NCBI GenBank assembly: GCA_938084455.1
Contig: CALKDX010000023.1
Span: 1-63,237, forward strand
Reading direction: 5' to 3'
DNA from: Candidatus Poseidoniaceae archaeon
GTDB taxonomy: Archaea; Thermoplasmatota; Poseidoniia; Poseidoniales; Poseidoniaceae
Length of the DNA stretch: 63,237 bases
Positions 61,781-63,237 of the stretch are shown piece by piece. A program made the position numbers and the translations under genes. The notes under the pieces were generated by a model, which worked only from the letters and a program-made list of their open reading frames with translations, searched no databases and was not told the DNA's origin. Each line of letters starts with the position of its first letter. Positions within the stretch are counted from its first letter, which is position 1.

Positions 61781-63237
61781 ATGGGTAAGAAGACTGAGTC
61801 GTTTTACCTTGTTTTTTTGATGCTTATTTTGTCCTTTTCTTCAGGAATCCCTCACTTTACCACAGATTTGGAGCTCCAAGAGGAGCCACGAGCTGTCGTT
61901 TTATCGCCCATCGATGCGAACCAACCTGGGTTCCAACAGGGCTCGATTTTTTCACAATCCACTCTCGCCATTGGCGGAAGTCACATGTGCGCAGTCCTCG
62001 ATAACCAATCTGTGATGTGCGTGGGTGATGGCGAGCATGGGCAATTAGGCAACAACGACAGCACTGAACAACCGCTTCCAGTCTATACCTCCTCATTTGG
62101 GCGTGGTCGCACAGCTGTGGCTCTCACATCAGGGTTCAGCCATACATGCGCCATCCTCGACAACGGAAACCTGACATGCTGGGGTAAGGGCTCAGAAGGG
62201 CAATTGGGCTTGGGAACATTCACAGACGCATCAACTCCAGGGTCTCCAATCACCTTTGCATCCAACCAAAAAGTCGTAACCCTCGCTGCAGGCCAAGACC
62301 ACACATGCGCCATTCTTGATGACGGGCAGGTCGCCTGCTGGGGTGACGGATCAAACGGTCAACTCGGAAAAGCGGGGGTCACGGGTTCAGCCGTGCCAGT
62401 GCTCACAGATACGCTTGGTCTCAACCGCAGTGCTAAAGCCATAGCCTCAGGTTCAGACCATACATGTGCCATTCTCGACAATGGTTCGACCGTTTGTTGG
62501 GGTGGTGGGTCGAAAGGGCAACTTGGCAACGGTAACTTTGGTAATGCGGATTCCCCAACTCAAGTCGCTTCGTTCCCATTTAATCTGAAAGCCGTCGCAC
62601 TCTCTGCTGGAGACGAACACACGTGCGCTCTTCTATCACAGGGATCGGTTGCATGCTGGGGAAGTGGTGCACGTGGTATGCTTGGTGGCGGCTCCACCTC
62701 AGATTCCGCAGTCCCGCAACTCGTTGAATCGCTTGGGGAAGGTCGAAAAGCGACAGCACTTTCTTCGAAATTCCAGCACACTTGTGCCCTTCTTGATGAT
62801 GGTAATGTGACCTGTTGGGGGGAGAACGAAAACGGGCGAGGTGGAAACAACGGAAGTTCGAGCGAGTCCCTTTCCCCCACCATGACTGCAAACTTTGGTT
62901 CAGACCGGTTTGCAATTGCAATCACATCTGGTTACACCTACACCTGCGCCATTCTCAATGATACCTCAACCTCATGCTGGGGTGACCTTGGCTACACAGG
63001 CTCCTTTGTTCAGTCTGTTCCCACAGATTTTGACGACTTCCCATCACTGCGCACTGTTGCAGTGTCTGAACGCGATTTCAATGGTAATGGCGTGTACAAT
63101 ATCTTTGAATTCCCAGTGAACTTTGATTTTACAGCAAGCGGCTTGTCTGCTGGAGCCAAACACACTTGCGCGATCCTCGATGATGACTCAATCACTTGTT
63201 GGGGTGACAACTCGAAGGGCCAACTTGGGACAGGCGA
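61781..63237 (+). CDS. Secreted RCC1-repeat (beta-propeller) protein; 3' end lies outside the window
   Basis: I translated this by hand. It is open from ATG 61781 to the window end, which is why it is absent from the ORF track. Signal-peptide-like N-terminus (MGKKTESFYLVFLMLILSFSSG). At least eight repeats of (S/A)G..HTCAILD.G...CWG....GQLG. Confidence 0.85.
   Translation, partial: MGKKTESFYLVFLMLILSFSSGIPHFTTDLELQEEPRAVVLSPIDANQPGFQQGSIFSQSTLAIGGSHMCAVLDNQSVMCVGDGEHGQLGNNDSTEQPLPVYTSSFGRGRTAVALTSGFSHTCAILDNGNLTCWGKGSEGQLGLGTFTDASTPGSPITFASNQKVVTLAAGQDHTCAILDDGQVACWGDGSNGQLGKAGVTGSAVPVLTDTLGLNRSAKAIASGSDHTCAILDNGSTVCWGGGSKGQLGNGNFGNADSPTQVASFPFNLKAVALSAGDEHTCALLSQGSVACWGSGARGMLGGGSTSDSAVPQLVESLGEGRKATALSSKFQHTCALLDDGNVTCWGENENGRGGNNGSSSESLSPTMTANFGSDRFAIAITSGYTYTCAILNDTSTSCWGDLGYTGSFVQSVPTDFDDFPSLRTVAVSERDFNGNGVYNIFEFPVNFDFTASGLSAGAKHTCAILDDDSITCWGDNSKGQLGTG

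Noticed and set aside
61857-63210. Five minus-strand ORFs (61857-62096, 62083-62313, 62560-62925, 62580-62921, 63010-63210)
   Set aside because: All are antisense to the unlisted RCC1-repeat ORF, which is continuously open on the plus strand and shows at least eight canonical repeats.
1-63237. tRNA, rRNA, C/D or H/ACA sRNA genes, CRISPR arrays, IS elements and integrases
   Set aside because: The intergenic regions are short. The longest, about 130-200 nt at 9.5, 11.5, 15.0, 45.4 and 56.5 kb, showed no cloverleaf-compatible or box C/D (RUGAUGA...CUGA) patterns by eye. No transposase- or integrase-like ORFs are present. Covariance-model scans would be needed to be certain.

Overview
This 63.2 kb window is densely coding, with about 55 CDS. 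Many are translationally coupled through 1-11 nt start/stop overlaps. I recognised no rRNA, tRNA, CRISPR array, transposase or integrase. The core gene content is archaeal: a Gar1 H/ACA-RNP domain, archaeal FAD synthetase RibL, the archaeal ADH-synthase / DHQ-synthase-II / GHMP-type shikimate kinase route, an HTH_10 (Bat-type) regulator and a PGF-CTERM sorting signal. It is mixed with many bacterial-type genes: gpsA, a PlsC-family acyltransferase, orn, TetR, a MacB/FtsX-type ABC exporter and a trimeric-type riboflavin synthase. This mosaic fits a planktonic Marine Group II (Poseidoniales)-like euryarchaeon, but that taxonomic call is inference only. Blocks in order:
- ABC-2 exporter, large surface protein and Gar1 fusion (0-6.3 kb)
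- transferrin-like ABC importer (7.3-11.2 kb)
- gpsA and an Endo-IV-like gene
- rib operon, trxB and a MoeB-rhodanese fusion (15-20 kb)
- receiver protein, fused E1 alpha/beta, aquaporin, CaCA exchanger and acyl-CoA dehydrogenase (20-27.7 kb)
- MocA/XdhC maturation genes (28.5-30 kb)
- orn, two subtilases and a 1368-aa polytopic membrane protein (30-38.3 kb)
- acyltransferase, then a CoxS/L/M-like molybdoenzyme with a PGF-CTERM protein (38.3-45.4 kb)
- DUF4350-MoxR-DUF58 module (45.5-50.6 kb)
- archaeal shikimate operon coupled to aspartate kinase (50.6-55.8 kb)
- TetR plus ABC exporter (56.6-60.4 kb)
- a coiled-coil protein and an RCC1-repeat protein that runs off the window and is missing from the ORF track.
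The best candidates for novelty are three. First, a lipoprotein made of two tandem transferrin-like lobes that keeps the full Asp/Tyr/Tyr/His plus carbonate-site motif set, is wired to a PhnC/PhnE-type ABC transporter, and is preceded by twin iron-box-like palindromes. Second, a Gar1 core fused to an RGG-rich region carrying three RanBP2-type zinc fingers. Third, a giant orphan membrane protein flanked by subtilases.
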